Below, in pieces: positions 36,727 through 50,269 of a stretch of DNA of 64,000 nt. Source of the stretch: Nemertoderma westbladi (lineage: Eukaryota; Animalia; Xenacoelomorpha); NCBI GenBank assembly GCA_032718475.1, contig JAUCBJ010007614.1, forward strand, positions 1 to 64,000, in the 5' to 3' direction. The translations under genes were made by a program, and so were the position numbers. Under the pieces are notes generated by a model. That model was not told where the DNA came from, did not search any database, and saw nothing but the letters and a program-made list of their open reading frames with translations. Position 1 is the stretch's first letter, and each line of letters starts with the position of its first letter.

Positions 36727-39700
36727 TTAAGAAAGCGGTAATGCTTCGATTATGCCCATGTTAATAATGTCCATCAGTTTCCGAGAACATGCCCCACGTT
36801 TGGTTAGTGAATCAGCCAACTGTTCACCTGATCTAACATACTCAACACGATCGAGTTCTTTGTTCTCTAGCGATTCCTTTATTGATGCGATATCAATTCG
36901 CAAGCGTTTTTCGTTCACTGCAATTGTTGAATGAATAGATGTGTGGAGATTGCGGCTATCAGTGTAAGCAATGACAGGTACCTTTATCTTCAGAATATCA
37001 AAGATAAGAGCCGCAATGAAATGAACCTCTTCTAAGCCATCAACCAAAGCGAGACCCTCAGCTGCAAGAGTACTCTTCACAACTCTCCTGATTTTCTTCG
37101 ACCCCCAAGCCAGTGTGGAACACTTGTTATTTTCTCCAACTAGGAAAACAACAAAACCCTCAGCACTGGATACTCCATCCGGTAAATTTCCGTGAGATGC
37201 ATCACTATACAACACCAACCTGAAGGTTGCAGGATCCCCAAGTGCTGGAAATTTTATAGCAACGTTATCATTCTTCAGTTTTTTAATCATTTTATTTGCC
37301 TTACATAGATGATTGCCATCGGCGTGATTTGCAGCCATGCTAAGTTCTAGAACATCGAATGACAAATCTGGCCTGGTTTGATTAGCAGCCCAACTAATTT
37401 GTCCGACAGTTGATTTTAATAGTGAAATTGACTTTGGACTGAGGAAAGAGTTATACCCACTAGTCGGAATAACAAGCAGCTGCAAACTGTCGATATATTC
37501 ACATTGATCAATCGTTATTATCATTGGTTTCTGTTTTAAGTTAAGACCAACGTATTTCACATTTCCACCTGCGAACTTCCCAGCAATAAATGTATTGGTC
37601 ATTGGTGTGATTACTCCATCATCAAACTTCTTCGCACCAGCATATAAAAAATCGTCCACATGTAGTAGGAACATACCACTAAGAATCCCCTGATTGTACC
37701 ACATAAACAAAGCATTGTCGTACTTACATATCGTGCAACCTAAACGTTCTAGTTCATATTTGACACTAAAATACCAATTTCTAGCAGCATCATTTAAACC
37801 ATAGACCACTTTCTTCAACTTCCATATAATACCTTCCTTGATTAAATCTACTGGCGGCCTCAAAAATATATCCCGAGTGATCCTTTTACCCTGTAGGAAA
37901 GCTGATCGAATGTCGATAGATTTAACACTCCAATCAAACGTGGCACAAAATGTCAAAAATATTCGCATTGTACTTTTATTTACTGTAGGAGAATCGGATT
38001 GTATCCCACTATGTTCCTCAAACCCTCTGGCTACCAGACGAGCTTTCACCTTCTTTTCTTCATTTTGAACTTTCTCAGTGACAACCCATGTAGTGGAAAT
38101 AGTCGATTGTCCCTTATCCCAAACTTCCTCAAAGACATCAAAATCTATCCAATTTTTGAATTCTTTCTCCTTTGCCAAAACAACCTCCTTTTCATCGTGT
38201 CGATTTTTTGGTATCATAACAATGCCCACTGTCTCCTCATGAATGTTTTCAACATCAGATGGGTCGTTTGTAATATTCTGCCATTCTTTTATGGCAGATA
38301 AATCAATAGAAAACGGATCATCGTCATTGGCTGACTTGACATTAAACCATGATCCATATTTGCCGGATTTTTTACCAGCCCTGCCAGTGACAGTGCCTGT
38401 ATCCCATGGAGATGTATCGGTGAGTCTATATTTAATAACTTCACCTTTCTTAGGAAGCGTGGATGATTTTATGTCTTTTTCCCGTGCATCAGTTATTGGC
38501 CTGTTCATATCTTGTATTCCATTGTCGACATCAAGATCCTTTAAATGATCTTCTTGAATAATATCGTCCATTGGTGTGGTCATATGATCTTCATCATCCT
38601 CTGCAGTGCCATCGTTGGTAATACCATGGCCTACATTGAGGTAATCCTCTTTATTAGATTCGATAAATTCCTTTCCCACTTTTATTATTCTGTTCAGTGA
38701 AACTCGGACATACACACTCCCATGTCTAACAAATATTACTTTTCCATCCTGGCCAATCACAACACCTGGCCCATGCCATCTATTACCATCGTCCCGTTTG
38801 TAATATACTTTTTCACCTGTTTGAAAATTCTCATTAGCTGCCCGTATTTTATGACGTAAGGCACGTCTAACCCGCTCCGATGCTTCAGACTTCAAAAACG
38901 CCGATCTTGCAGAGTGTAAAGATGTTAAATGCTTAGCGAATACTTCACTTATTGTTTGACCTTCAAGGGCAGGAAGATTATTTGTTAATGTAGATGGTAA
39001 TGTAGGGTTCTGTCCAAACACTAATTGGTATGGTGAAAACCCCGATACGTTTTGCAGCGCATTTTTTGCATTCACTGCCCAAATCAATGCAACTTCCAAC
39101 TTGACTTTTGGATTATCCTCTAATATTTTTTCTACTGAAACATCAATTACTGTGTGATTCCTCTCACACAAACCGTTTTGCCATGGACTTTGTGCTGCAG
39201 TATTTAAAACCTCAATATTTAAGTTCTCGCATATATCCCGATATTTTTCATTTGCAAATTCTCCACCGTTGTCCGCGAGAAATTTTTTAGGAGTACCAAA
39301 ACCAGAACCGATCCACATGCTCATAATCTTATCAATTATCACGTCAGGTTTTTTTTGATGTAATAACACATGATAAACAAAATCTAGTAAACATATCTAT
39401 CATATGTAAGAAATATATACCTGGTCTAAACTCCTTCAGGTCCATAGCAACTGCTTCATTGAATCTCTTGGCCAAAGGTAAACAAACAATAGAACGAGGG
39501 GCAGTCTTGCTAAATTTCAAACACACTTCACACCTCTTCTCGAGTTCCTCAATCACTTCCTGACATTCAGAATCCCACGCTCCAGCATCCTGCAATAACG
39601 CTCGAAGTTTCTTACTGGATGGGTGTGCGAATTGTTTGTGTAGTTTCACAATAACATCCTTCTTTTCCTTCTTTGTGCGTTCTGTTAATGCCACCAAACA

Positions 39701-41225
39701 CATTCCTATTGAGATGGAGGATGCCTTCAATGGAATCGTGTAGTGACCTGATGTGGTACAATCTAGTGTTATATTGTGGCCGAATATGTTGGCCTGATCA
39801 TTTTCTAAGTCCAGTTTGATGCGCGCTTTCTTCATTGCTGATTTACTCAATAAAAGTGGAATGTCACTTTCCACTACATCAGTCCGTATCCTAATTTGTT
39901 CTCCAGCCATTATGCATGGAAACACAACCTCACGTAGTGACACCCGACGTTCTCCACCACCGAAACGGAAACACCGACCTCCAGGGTTTATCTCCACCTT
40001 CAGTTTTTCATCTTCCGATAGCGAATTCAAATAACAATCCATCCAGACCTTTCCAGTTACCGTCGCACTGCACCCGCTATCTAAAACAGCAGCGTTCAAT
40101 GACTCTCTGGCTAACAATCCCAATTCAGACTCGATTCCACCAGTAAATAGAACTAGATTGACTTCCTCGTCCTCTTCCTCAACTGTCCACTCTTGTGTTG
40201 CCTCGTACACTCGCTCCATATTCTCATAGCTATCCACACAATCTCTCACCATATGACGAATTGAATCGCACGAACTGCATCGTAAAATATTTCCATCCGA
40301 TCCAGTCGGATTCAATCGTTTTCCATCTCTATGAGGTGTAAACTCTCTAATATCCTTCCTAGCGGCAGTTAAACCTCCACCACGATAACCGGCACTCACC
40401 GAACTACCAGTACCGGTACCTCGGTTATAACCACTTCCATATCCATAGCTGTAACCACCACCTCTGTTAAAGCCTACTCCTCCTCCACGATATCGACTTG
40501 GATTCGATCCTCTTGGATCGCTATAGCCCCCGCGTCCACGATATCCTCCATAACTACCAGTACCTGGACCTCGCCAGGGCGATCGACATGAGTTAGCATA
40601 GAATGCTTCCTCATCCGTTATATTAATAGATTCGACTTTTATCGCAACATCCGGAACTCCAACGCTAGTTGTTGACATCGACTGTTTACCGAAGAACTTA
40701 CGTAACGATGCTTTCGTTTGTGTAAATAGTGAATCCTTCTCATTGTAGTTGACCGCTGTAAGCACTAATTGTCTTTCCTTGTGATCCAACTTCGCAGCAT
40801 CAAGCAACCTGAACGCAAGAACTGGTTGCGGCACTTCCATACCGCAAAATTTACTTTTATTGTATAATTTTTCGAATTCAATAATGAACGTATCCATTGT
40901 TTGTTCACTGCCTTTCTTGTATCTATCAAACTGAGTATATTTTTCATATACCTCCGACAGTTCGTCTCTTTTTAAACAAGCCATCCAGAAACGTTATCAA
41001 CCGATTTACCCCTTCATTCGCTTTCAGTTCATCTAAAGTAATTTCGCTAAACACTTTATCCCGAACCCCCGAGGGATCTTCTTCCGGTAACGCTAGAGCA
41101 ATTGCAACGCCTCGTTTTTCTTTCGCTAGATCAGTAACCTCACACCATGCATTTACTTCCTGTACGTAACGCTCGTACGGTTTACTTACGCTATTGAATT
41201 TCGGTGGATTTTTGTATGTTGACAT
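36727..41225 (-). CDS. Copia gag-pol polyprotein, split by two +1 frameshifts (~40972 and ~39352)
   Basis: ORFs 40944-41225, 39344-40984 and 36727-39369. Knuckle CSSCDSIRHMVRDC, protease AVLDSGC, integrase HHCC and ADNGGEF/NGLCER, RT KARLVARGF, SAFLQG, YGLNDA and HVDD, RNase H YSDAS and TDSRNL. Confidence 0.93.
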
Positions 41226-41283
41226 CGCTACTTTTACATTTTCACTTATTCCGCCGAAAGTTTAAGTTTACGCTCTGCTACCA

Positions 41284-41466
41284 TGTTGATCAGTATAATA
41301 CACATTAATAAGTCTATAAATATTCTCGCTGTACTGCTATAATAATACAAGGCCGCCATATAATTATATATTAAATACAGCAATACCTCAGGCCTATACC
41401 GGTACACCAAACAACACAGTACTATCCCATCACCCGGCGAGTCTCTATCTCAGAGCCTATCTAACA
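41284..41466 (-). repeat. Copia 5' LTR (183 bp)
   Basis: Adjacent to the PBS. Direct repeat of 36493-36676. Confidence 0.97.
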
Positions 41467-41605
41467 CTGCCAAAGTACAAGATTATGCACTGGCTGGTCC
41501 TCACGGCGAAAGCAATGTCCTGCAAAGCGGAGGCGATTTTGTTCTAGTGTCAAGCTTGGGGGAACCAATGAGACCCCTCTAAAGTTATATAGTGTTTGGT
41601 TGGAA
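41467..41605 (-). mobile_element. RTE fragment (right part, continues from 36492)
   Basis: Matches 12549-12686. Confidence 0.9.
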
Positions 41606-41645
41606 TGAAACACAATGATAGCCTTTGTTAAATAGTCCGATGGCA

Positions 41646-41928
41646 AAATAAAGTAAAAGTAAATTTTCTTCGACCGCTAGGCCAGGGATTACGCACAACG
41701 TCTGACGACTTATTTCCAGTGCGGTCCCCCCGGAACTATACTCCCCAGAGGAAATTAAAGTACTCATTAAGCTACCACTTAAGCATGCAAGGCAGAGATG
41801 CGCCCTGACTGTCCCTTCAAAGCATTCGCGCCGAAACGAAAACTGCCCTTGGCCCATGCGAGGATCGAACACAGGACCTACGATACGAGAGATGTGAATT
41901 CAATGCAACCACTACACCAAGGTGGGAA
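41646..41928 (-). mobile_element. tRNA-derived SINE, copy 1
   Basis: Minus strand has A box TGGTGTAGTGG, B box GTTCGATCC and a (TTTTAC)n tail. Second copy at 43507. Confidence 0.75.
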
Positions 41929-42654
41929 CTAAGGGGGCAGAGGTATGAGAAAGAAAATGGTGGGTATGGGCTTCGCCTGAGTCCTGAATGCCTTGCTGAA
42001 TGCCTTGATTTTAAACTACTTCTCTATCGAACCCGAACCTTTCGAATCTATCGAACCTTTCACGGCGAACTGACCCAGCCACTACCGCCTACACAGTTCA
42101 CATTATAATCTGTTGTACATTACAAATATTCGACATGTGTTGTTTTCTTTTCGTGCCATGTACATAACTATATTTACTCGATATTTTACACGATTTTATT
42201 CAGGTACTCGTTCAACCTTTTACTTGTGAAGTGCAATCTTATCATTTTAGTGTAATATCATTTTATATGATTAATTAATAATAATGAATGAATTGGGGTG
42301 AGTTTCATAAACGGTAGATTAATCTCTTAGAAACGCTGACCTGACCATTCTATTACAGCCTGACTTCAGTTGACCCGAGCCGTGATATATGTCTTTCGCC
42401 AAAGAAAAGAGCAACAATGAGTAATAATTCAATTAAAGTTGTCAATTTACATAGAGAAATTAAATAAAACTTTTTAAATTACCTTTATTATTTATGATTA
42501 TTTCCCGCTACTAGTATAATGCGTTTTATTAAACAGAGTCTGTAATAAATACCGTTATTTATATTATCCCCCAAAAATTCCATGCCCCATTTTCTTTACT
42601 CTCCCCCAAACAAAACCCTTTTAGAATTGTTAACCTTCTCAGGGAGACAACACA

Positions 42655-42831
42655 TTTATTGAACTGTTATTTGTTATTTTGTACGGATATTTTGTACTCG
42701 TAACTATTATTTCGTCCTCGGACGTGTTATAAGTCCTCGGCTTCGCCTCGGACGTTATAACAGTCCTTGGACGAAATAATAGTTACTCGTACAAAATATC
42801 CGTACAAAATAACAAATAACAGTTCAATAAA
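42655..42831. mobile_element. Palindromic non-autonomous element (fold-back MITE)
   Basis: About 85-bp arms around a central CTCGGCTTCGCCTCG. Confidence 0.85.
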
Positions 42832-43506
42832 GATAGTTATAGGGCTATAATAATGTCATGTTAATACTACAGTATATCAATATCATTAGATTTTACTTAT
42901 TCACTAAGGCGTACATGTAATTGGTGGGAGGACTTACAGTAGTATAAACCAATGAATTGAAAGTTGAAACGTAGGCGCGGGAGCTCAAACTATACCAATA
43001 TCGCCGGTCAACTGAAAACAATAGGCCTACAATAGTAAGAAGTTATTACGGACTTGTTATTTTCATACCTGCATTTATACAGACAGTACGTTATTTTGTA
43101 ATATTTCCGGTGAGTTCAAACTACTGTATTGTACTTTTTCTTCCGCGACGCATTGCAGAGTTTGCAATTGCAAACAGCATTTCGTGAGCGTTGCTCTTCA
43201 TTAATGTATTTAAATAGGTATCAAAAGACGCTTAAGACCCCCCACTTTCAATTGATATAAACCAGGTGCGAAAAATTTAAGATTGAATGTGTATGTGGGC
43301 CTACTGTATTTGAAAGGATCGAAAATCACTCTCCTTACTGTAGAATGCAAGGTTAAACATACAGATTCTTACTTGCAACAGGGTTGTTTCAGAAATAATT
43401 GACAAACACGCTCCACTCAAAACGATAATTATTTCGATCAGGCCAGGTCTCAAATGGTTCAATGATGAACTGCAAAAAACAAAAAGTAATTTATGAAAGT
43501 TGGAAC

Positions 43507-43787
43507 ATAAAGTAAAAAAAAGTAAATTTTATTCGGTCGCTACTAGGCTAGGGATTAATTACGCACAAAGTCTGACGATTTATTTCCAGTGCGGTCCCCC
43601 CAGAACTTTACTACCCAAAGGAAATTCCAGTACTCATTTAGCTACATGCTAAAATCTTGCAGGCAGAGATGCGCCCGGGCTGGCCCCTTTAAAGCATTCG
43701 TCCCGAACCGAAAAAACTGCCCTGGCCCATGTGAGGATCGAACACACGAGATGTGAATTCAATGCGACCACTACACCAAGGTGGAAC
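43507..43787 (-). mobile_element. tRNA-derived SINE, copy 2 (inside the L2 element)
   Basis: Homologous to 41646-41928, with A and B boxes. Confidence 0.75.
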
Positions 43788-44149
43788 CTGTAGTAGAACA
43801 TGAAGAAGGACAAGATCAAATCGATAATAATAAATAATGTTGTTTATTTGCTACTATTGTTTTGAATGGATCTGTTTAGGCAATTTGCTGTCAGGTATAT
43901 GTAATATAAGGAAGAATAGGCCCTAAAAACTGCGAACTACGCGTAGTTGCAAGGGAGTGGACCTTGGGCGGCACCCCACGTCGGGGTCCCGTACCGGTCC
44001 GGTACCTAGACCAGTACTACACGACCACTGTTGTGGTGTAGTTGGTTGCGGTTACGGTTTTTTGTCTACTTACCTAGGCCTATTTTTGTATATTTTTTTT
44101 ATTGTAACATGTAAATATACTGTATGTAGTCGGTGTAGTTCCGTCTGTT

Positions 44150-44230
44150 TGATTTATATCCTGAAGATGGCCCTAGTGGCAGAAATTAATTGATAATAAA
44201 GAACTTGTTGTTTTCTCATTTAATCACCAG
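44150..44230 (+). mobile_element. Penelope-like pLTR remnant with minimal hammerhead motif
   Basis: CTGAAGA-TGGCCCTAGTGGCA-GAAA-TTAATT followed by AATAAA. Confidence 0.5.
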
Positions 44231-46198
44231 GGCAGAAATAACTCCAAAAAGAAAACCTATATTTCCTATAAGATCAAATCGAGACCTGCAAAACTATAAA
44301 CTGCGATGCAACGATTATTCACTAATGCTAACTAAATCAAGGGCTGAATTATATACCTCAAAGTTTGTAGACTGAAATGGTGACCAGAGAACACTTTTCA
44401 ATTTTATTAAAAGTCTGTTCACAACAACCACCTACAGTAATGTAGAATATCCTCCCCACAGTTCAAATATGGAACTTGCAGAATGTTTAGAAATTTTTTC
44501 CATTTAAAAAATATAGTGAATACGTGATGAACTTGATAGGGAATCAACCAATGCAAATTCTGTCTCATTTCATATGCTTGAAGAATGAAGAGACTGGCTG
44601 GAAAGGGCATAGAAAAACTAGTCAACAAGTCAACTAACAAGCAGTGCGCCCTAGACCCTATTCCAACTTTTCTGGTCAAGAGTTGTCTCAGTGGGTTACA
44701 ACCAGCGACTACCACCATTGTTAACAATTCCTTACAAATGGAATCTTTTCCAGACTTATGGAAGAATGGTGTGATCTCCCCGATTACAAAGAAACGCCCT
44801 CTCAATGCAAAGATACTCCTAAATTATTGTTCGATCAGTGGTCTGCCCGATGTTGGCAAGCTCACTGAGAAAGCTGCAATGGAACAATTTATACCACACA
44901 TTGAAAATAACTACCCATTACCACCAAACCAATCAGCCTACCACCGCTTCTATGGTAGGCCTACTGAAACTGCACTACAGTACTACAAGTACAATCGGAT
45001 ATATCATCCAAAATGGATTATGATGAAGCTATACTGCTGGTCATGCTTGATATGAGTGCAGCTTTTGATACCATAGATCAGGAAAGAATGGTGAAGTTGC
45101 TGGCTTGCAACATGGGTGTCTGCGGTTCATGCCTGAATTGTTCAAATCCTTTCTCACCAATAGATGTCAACATGTCCAAATATTGTCATGAAAGCTCAGT
45201 GAACAAAACTCTCGATTATGGATTCTGTATTCCCGAGGGATGTGGATATGTGTTCTCATCTCCAGGTGTGAGTAGGGGTGTTCAGGGATGTGTTCTCTTT
45301 GCAAAATACGGTGAAGGGCTACTGAAACTGTTGAAGAAACTGAAACCATCTGCTCATGGTTTTGCCGATTATCACCAAGTGTACTTTTTTTTGCAAGTAT
45401 CAAAGAGGATGAAGAAAAAGGCTGTACTAGAGATTGAAAAGGCTATTACTGAAGTTAAAAAATGGATACTTGCAAATAAACTATAATTAAATGATGATCA
45501 AACTGAAATTATTACCCTCTGGGATCCAAACCAAACAGCAACTCAGTAAAGTGAGAACTAAATTAATCAATGTGGGGAAGTTCGGGATCGAACCAGTGAA
45601 GGCAGTTAAGAATTTGGGTGTATGGTTCGGCAGCACCATGACTATGGGGACCTTTGTTTCCAAAACTTGCCAAGGGGCCTTCTTACCACATCCACAACCT
45701 CCATCAGATCAGAAGACTTCTTTCTGAAATCGCAATGAAGAAGAATGGAGAAGTTCACTTCTTAGTAACTAGTAGAATTGATTACTGTAACAGCTCGCCA
45801 TTTGGAATCGCTATAAAATACATAAATAAGCTAAAGTTAGTCCAAAATGCGGCTGCTAGACTATGCTACGATCCATCCACAAATTCGATCACATAACACC
45901 AGTTCTATAAGAATTACACTGGCTTCCAATTACACTAAGGGTGCGGTGCAGTACAAAATTAAACACAAGAATCTCTCTGAATATTTAAAGCAAATGCTTC
46001 ACATTGCATTCAATCTTAATTCAATGCAAACTTAATTCCTAGCCATTAATGTTAATTCCGCATGTTTTGTTATGTCCTAGGAAATAATGTAATACATTAT
46101 AGTAATCATCAAGATATAGCAGTTGTACATAGGCCTAGTGCATAGTGCTACTGTCTTTTAGAACAATACAGTAGTACTACATGTAGTAAACTACACAG

Positions 46199-47571
46199 TT
46201 AAACCCTATTAGTACCGGGCAATAAAATGTTGTACAAATACCGGGGGGGGGGGGGGGGGGGGGTCATATTGACCCGCCCTCTAAAATCTACAAATTGTTA
46301 CGAAAACGTCTGATTTTTTTGTTTGTACGTAGGTAACACTAGAGTGGAAAAGAATGAAAAAAACAAGTAACCAGCACTTTTCAGTTAGAACACAAAATTT
46401 TAAATTCACTTATACGATGCTGTAAATTCACATTTTCAGGTTTTCTAGGGCGCTGATTCTAATGGAATACATTTCTAATATGCTAGATATTTTTCGGCGT
46501 AATTTGGAAAATTTTGGTTCTCGCACCAAATTTCGTACCCATCACCAAAAAGTACAAGTTTGCGATGTCCAGTGCTGTTTTTATTGATTCCATCGGATTC
46601 AGGACCCCCATAAACCCGTATAACGCAAGAAACAAGATGATACTATACTATCTACTGATCAATTTGCTTATTTTCAAAAATTTGGTGACAACAATTTTCA
46701 CCCGCCGGCGAAAAATACAAGTTTGAAAAACTCTTGTGAAATTTTTACTGATTCCATTGAATTCAGAATCCTCACACACCCGTATAGTGCAAGAAACAAG
46801 GTGACACAATCAATTGATATATTTGATGGTTTTCAAAATTTGGTGCTAGCACCACATTTTGCACCCACTTCCAAATAATACAAGTTTGAGATGTCTAGTT
46901 TGATAATTATATATTCCATTGAATTCAGAACAGCCAAAAACCTCTAAAACGCAAGAAATATATTGTCACAAGCAATTTTATCTATATTGAATGGATTTTC
47001 AAAATTTCGTGCTAGCACCAAAATTTGCACACAGCACCGAAAAATACAAGCTTGATACGTTTGGTGCAACTCGTATATATGCCATCGAAACCAGAACCCC
47101 AAAAAACTCCAATTGCGTAAAAAACAAGTTTCAAACAATCAATTTACAAAATTGACATATTTCAAAATTTGGTGCTGGCACCAAAATTTGGCACCCGCCG
47201 AAAACAACAAGTTTGAAATTTCTAAATTAATTTATTTGAATTCCATCCAATTGCTAACACCAAAAAACCGGTGTAAATCAAAAATAGAGATGTTACAAAT
47301 CATATTTAATGAAACGTAATTTTCAAAAAACGCCTCAAAAAAAGTTCCAAAAGTAGGGTTAAAAAATGGTGCGATAACTCGAAAACTACCCAATATTTTT
47401 GAAAACGATTTTCACTACTAGGAAGACAATATATGTTTAGGAAAATTCATAAAATTACCAACTCCCAGATTCCCAACTGCGTTTGTTTCCGAATTATAAC
47501 AAAAAAATCTTCGGGGGGGGGGGGGGGGGGGGGGGGTCATATTGACCCCCCCCCCCGGGTTTAATAGTTAA
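46199..47571. mobile_element. Non-autonomous DNA transposon (piggyBac-like ends) with internal ~163-bp tandem repeats
   Basis: TTAA-ACCCTATTAGTACCGGG ... CCCGGGTTTAATAG-TTAA. Poly-G plus GGTCATATTGACC palindrome near both ends, and 5 internal repeats at 46505-47300. A second family member starts at 63888. Confidence 0.7.
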
Positions 47572-47589
47572 AAAGCCTTCATACAAGAA

Positions 47590-48125
47590 GAGCTTGCGAG
47601 AGTGGAGTTAGTGTTTAAACAATTTTTATTTCTGTATAGAAACTTAAGCCCACTGTTAACTTTCGAGAAAATATTTTTCACTGTACTTTCTCCTGATAAG
47701 CAGTTATCCAATGTGGCGCCTAAATATTTAACTTCCTTTTTATTTTCAATCTTATGTCCATTACTAGTGACTTCAAACTTAGTTACCTTCTTTAACTTTC
47801 TTTTGGAACCAAACAAAATACTTTCAGTCTTACCGTAGTGAATGGATAGCTTATTATCAACCAACCACTCATTACAGGATTCTAGAACTGCACTTAATTT
47901 TTGGGAAATATGGATAGGATCTTTATGAGAGAAAATAAGAGCACTGTCGTCGGCATATAAAATGAGTTTAAAATCGGGATCTATACTACTTATCATATCA
48001 TTTACATAACATACAAAAAGCAGAGGACCTAATATACTACCTTGCGGTACACCACAGGTAATCTCTTGTAAAGTAGACCGCGATTTGATGACTACTACAG
48101 TTTGACCTCTGTCTGACAGGTACTA
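47590..48125 (-). mobile_element. CR1/Daphne-like LINE RT fragment
   Basis: CGVPQGSILGPLLF, LYADDSAL, KYLGATLD. Confidence 0.9.
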
Positions 48126-49078
48126 TGTCCGGGGGGGGGGGGGGGGGGGGGTTGTGTGGGGTGGGGGGGTGGGTTCTACATTTTCAGGTTTGGGGGTATT
48201 CTACGATATGACACCGGTAATGCGGTACTAAATGACGTTATTTCCTTGGTTACCGATATCAGCTGGTAAAATATTGATCATTTCTATTTTATGGAATTCT
48301 ATCTAGATGATTGGGAATTTTTTTGAAGCCCTAAAACTTTTTGTAGACGCCTGGATGCCTCCCGGATTGTTTTCCAACTGTTGGTGAGTTTTTCAGACGT
48401 TTTGTAGGTCTTTTTGACTGTTGTCTCCTATACAATAGTATTGTCCATATTTAGTCGTATCCAAAATATATAATACTGTATATACGTTGCACCTAGAATA
48501 GGCCTACAGTACTACAGTAGCTGCTACTAACCACATATACAGTAGTACATGTCATTCACCTTAATGTTATTTGTGTAAGCGAATGGGGACAAATCAATTA
48601 ATCACGCCCACTTCTAATAATGCTATTGAATTTGGATTGGCTGAAAAATAATTGAACCTGCAATAATTGGATATTTAACGCTTCTTCCTACTGCCTCTGT
48701 AGTCGCAATTTAATTTGTTTTGCCTGAGCCAGAACGCCATTGCGCTGAATATTAGGGGGGCTTATAATAGAAAACGAGAAAAATCAATCCATGTAGTTAT
48801 AGAAACCATACCTGTTAAATAAATTATTACAGTTTTACTGGTCATTATTGGTTGAAATTTTATTTTAATATAATAGGGTTGGTGGGCAAAAAAATTGTTG
48901 GGCTAGAAACAATTGAATAAGGGGTAACAAGGTGTTCCATAAAACAGTCAAAATGGCGAAAGCCAATTTTGAAAATCGGCTGTTATTGGCTGCTACAGAT
49001 TTGACGTCACATCAAAGTTATATGATAATTTTTTATATTGGTTTCTATGGACAGCGATTTTTGATCCATTCAAATACA

Positions 49079-49451
49079 CATTTAATCTCAATCATTTCAC
49101 ACGTGGCTTATATCAATTGAAAGCGGGGAGTCTTGCGCGTCTTTTGACACTATAATTCATTCTATTCATGATGAGGAACATTGATAAAATGGTTCACAAT
49201 TGAAAACTCTGCAGATTACCATAATACAGCAGTTCCCTGCAGCATTGAGTTACGGTAAGGCATATACAGATTCGATTTACAGATTAATAATAACACTAAA
49301 CACGTAATACCGGTCAGCCGCTACTATAATAATTGTGTAAAACATTTTATCAATGTTCCTCATCATGAATTTAATTAATTACAATATCAAACGATGCGCA
49401 AGACTCTCTCGCTTTCATTAAATTGATATGCGCCACGATTGAGATTAAATG
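49079..49451. mobile_element. Degenerate MITE with ~120-bp inverted arms
   Basis: 49079-49200 is an imperfect reverse complement of 49331-49451 (e.g. TTCATGATGAGGAACATTGATAAAATG). Confidence 0.7.
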
Positions 49452-50269
49452 AGATCAAATGATTGAAATGATTGATCTTGGAACTGAATGTGGCTTATCC
49501 CTTTCCACCCTATCGTTTTCAACTGTATACATTACTTTATAATTCTTCTAACAACATCTATTATTCTGTGGATTTGACTTTAGGTAGCAGCTGTTATCCT
49601 AAATCTATTGTTCCTATCTAAAATGGCATTGTTTTGAATCCCCTATGATTTGTGTAAGATCCTTGCCTGGGATGGGCGCCAATTGGCCAGCAGGCCTCGA
49701 CACAAATACAAAATACAGAGTTAAGACGGGAAAAAAATAATAATTAACATAATTAACAGGGAATGTCCAATCACAGATTGATGATACCAATTACATTTTT
49801 AATGCTAATCTGACTTTGTGGTGGCTTTCCAAAGTCAGTGTATAGGTATAATAATTGTATACATCAGGTTTTGTGGACTGCACTTTTTAGCTTGGTAGCC
49901 TTTGTATGATGGAATATTTGTACTGAAATGTTTGCAGTTTTTCTGCTTAAAAACACCTTTCCCCACATGCCCGTCCCAGCCCATTGCACCCTGATACATC
50001 CATCAATCATGATATTCAACAAACTTGGAAGAACTTGAAATTTGTAGATTTTGATAAAATTGATTGATTTGATATTATTGATTGATTGATTTATTCATAT
50101 TTGTGATTCGATTCTGGTTAGAGTTAATTTTAAGGCTATCATTTAGTTTTTCAAATTTTCATTTTGATTTTATTTCAATTATTTCTGAAGTTTGAGTCTT
50201 TATAATTAGGAAAAGTTTACAATACTACTTCGCGTTGCCGACTTATTCATATGTCATATGCATGAGTGC

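Larger units (their letters stand above)
36493..41466 (-). mobile_element. Full-length Ty1/Copia LTR retrotransposon, GalEa-like
   Basis: LTRs 36493-36676 and 41284-41466 (TG...CA, 4 differences). TSD CTGCC. PBS TGGTAGCAGAGC (tRNA-iMet) at 41272-41283 and PPT at about 36677-36695. Domain order gag-PR-IN-RT-RH, with HVDD, KRLRID and ADSLTK motifs. Confidence 0.97.
43380..46020 (+). mobile_element. L2/Crack (CR1-group) LINE ORF2 pseudogene with nested insertions
   Basis: IIDKHAPLK..KWFNDEL, CALDPIPTFLVK, NQSAY, VMLDMSAAFDTID, FADYHQVY, LVTSRIDYCNS, LVQNAAARL and ELHWLP, with many frameshifts. Confidence 0.9.

Noticed and set aside
39345-40980. Programmed ribosomal frameshifting in the Copia element
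   Set aside because: The shifts fall early in gag and inside the integrase core, not at a gag/pol boundary. Both are +1 A in homopolymers.
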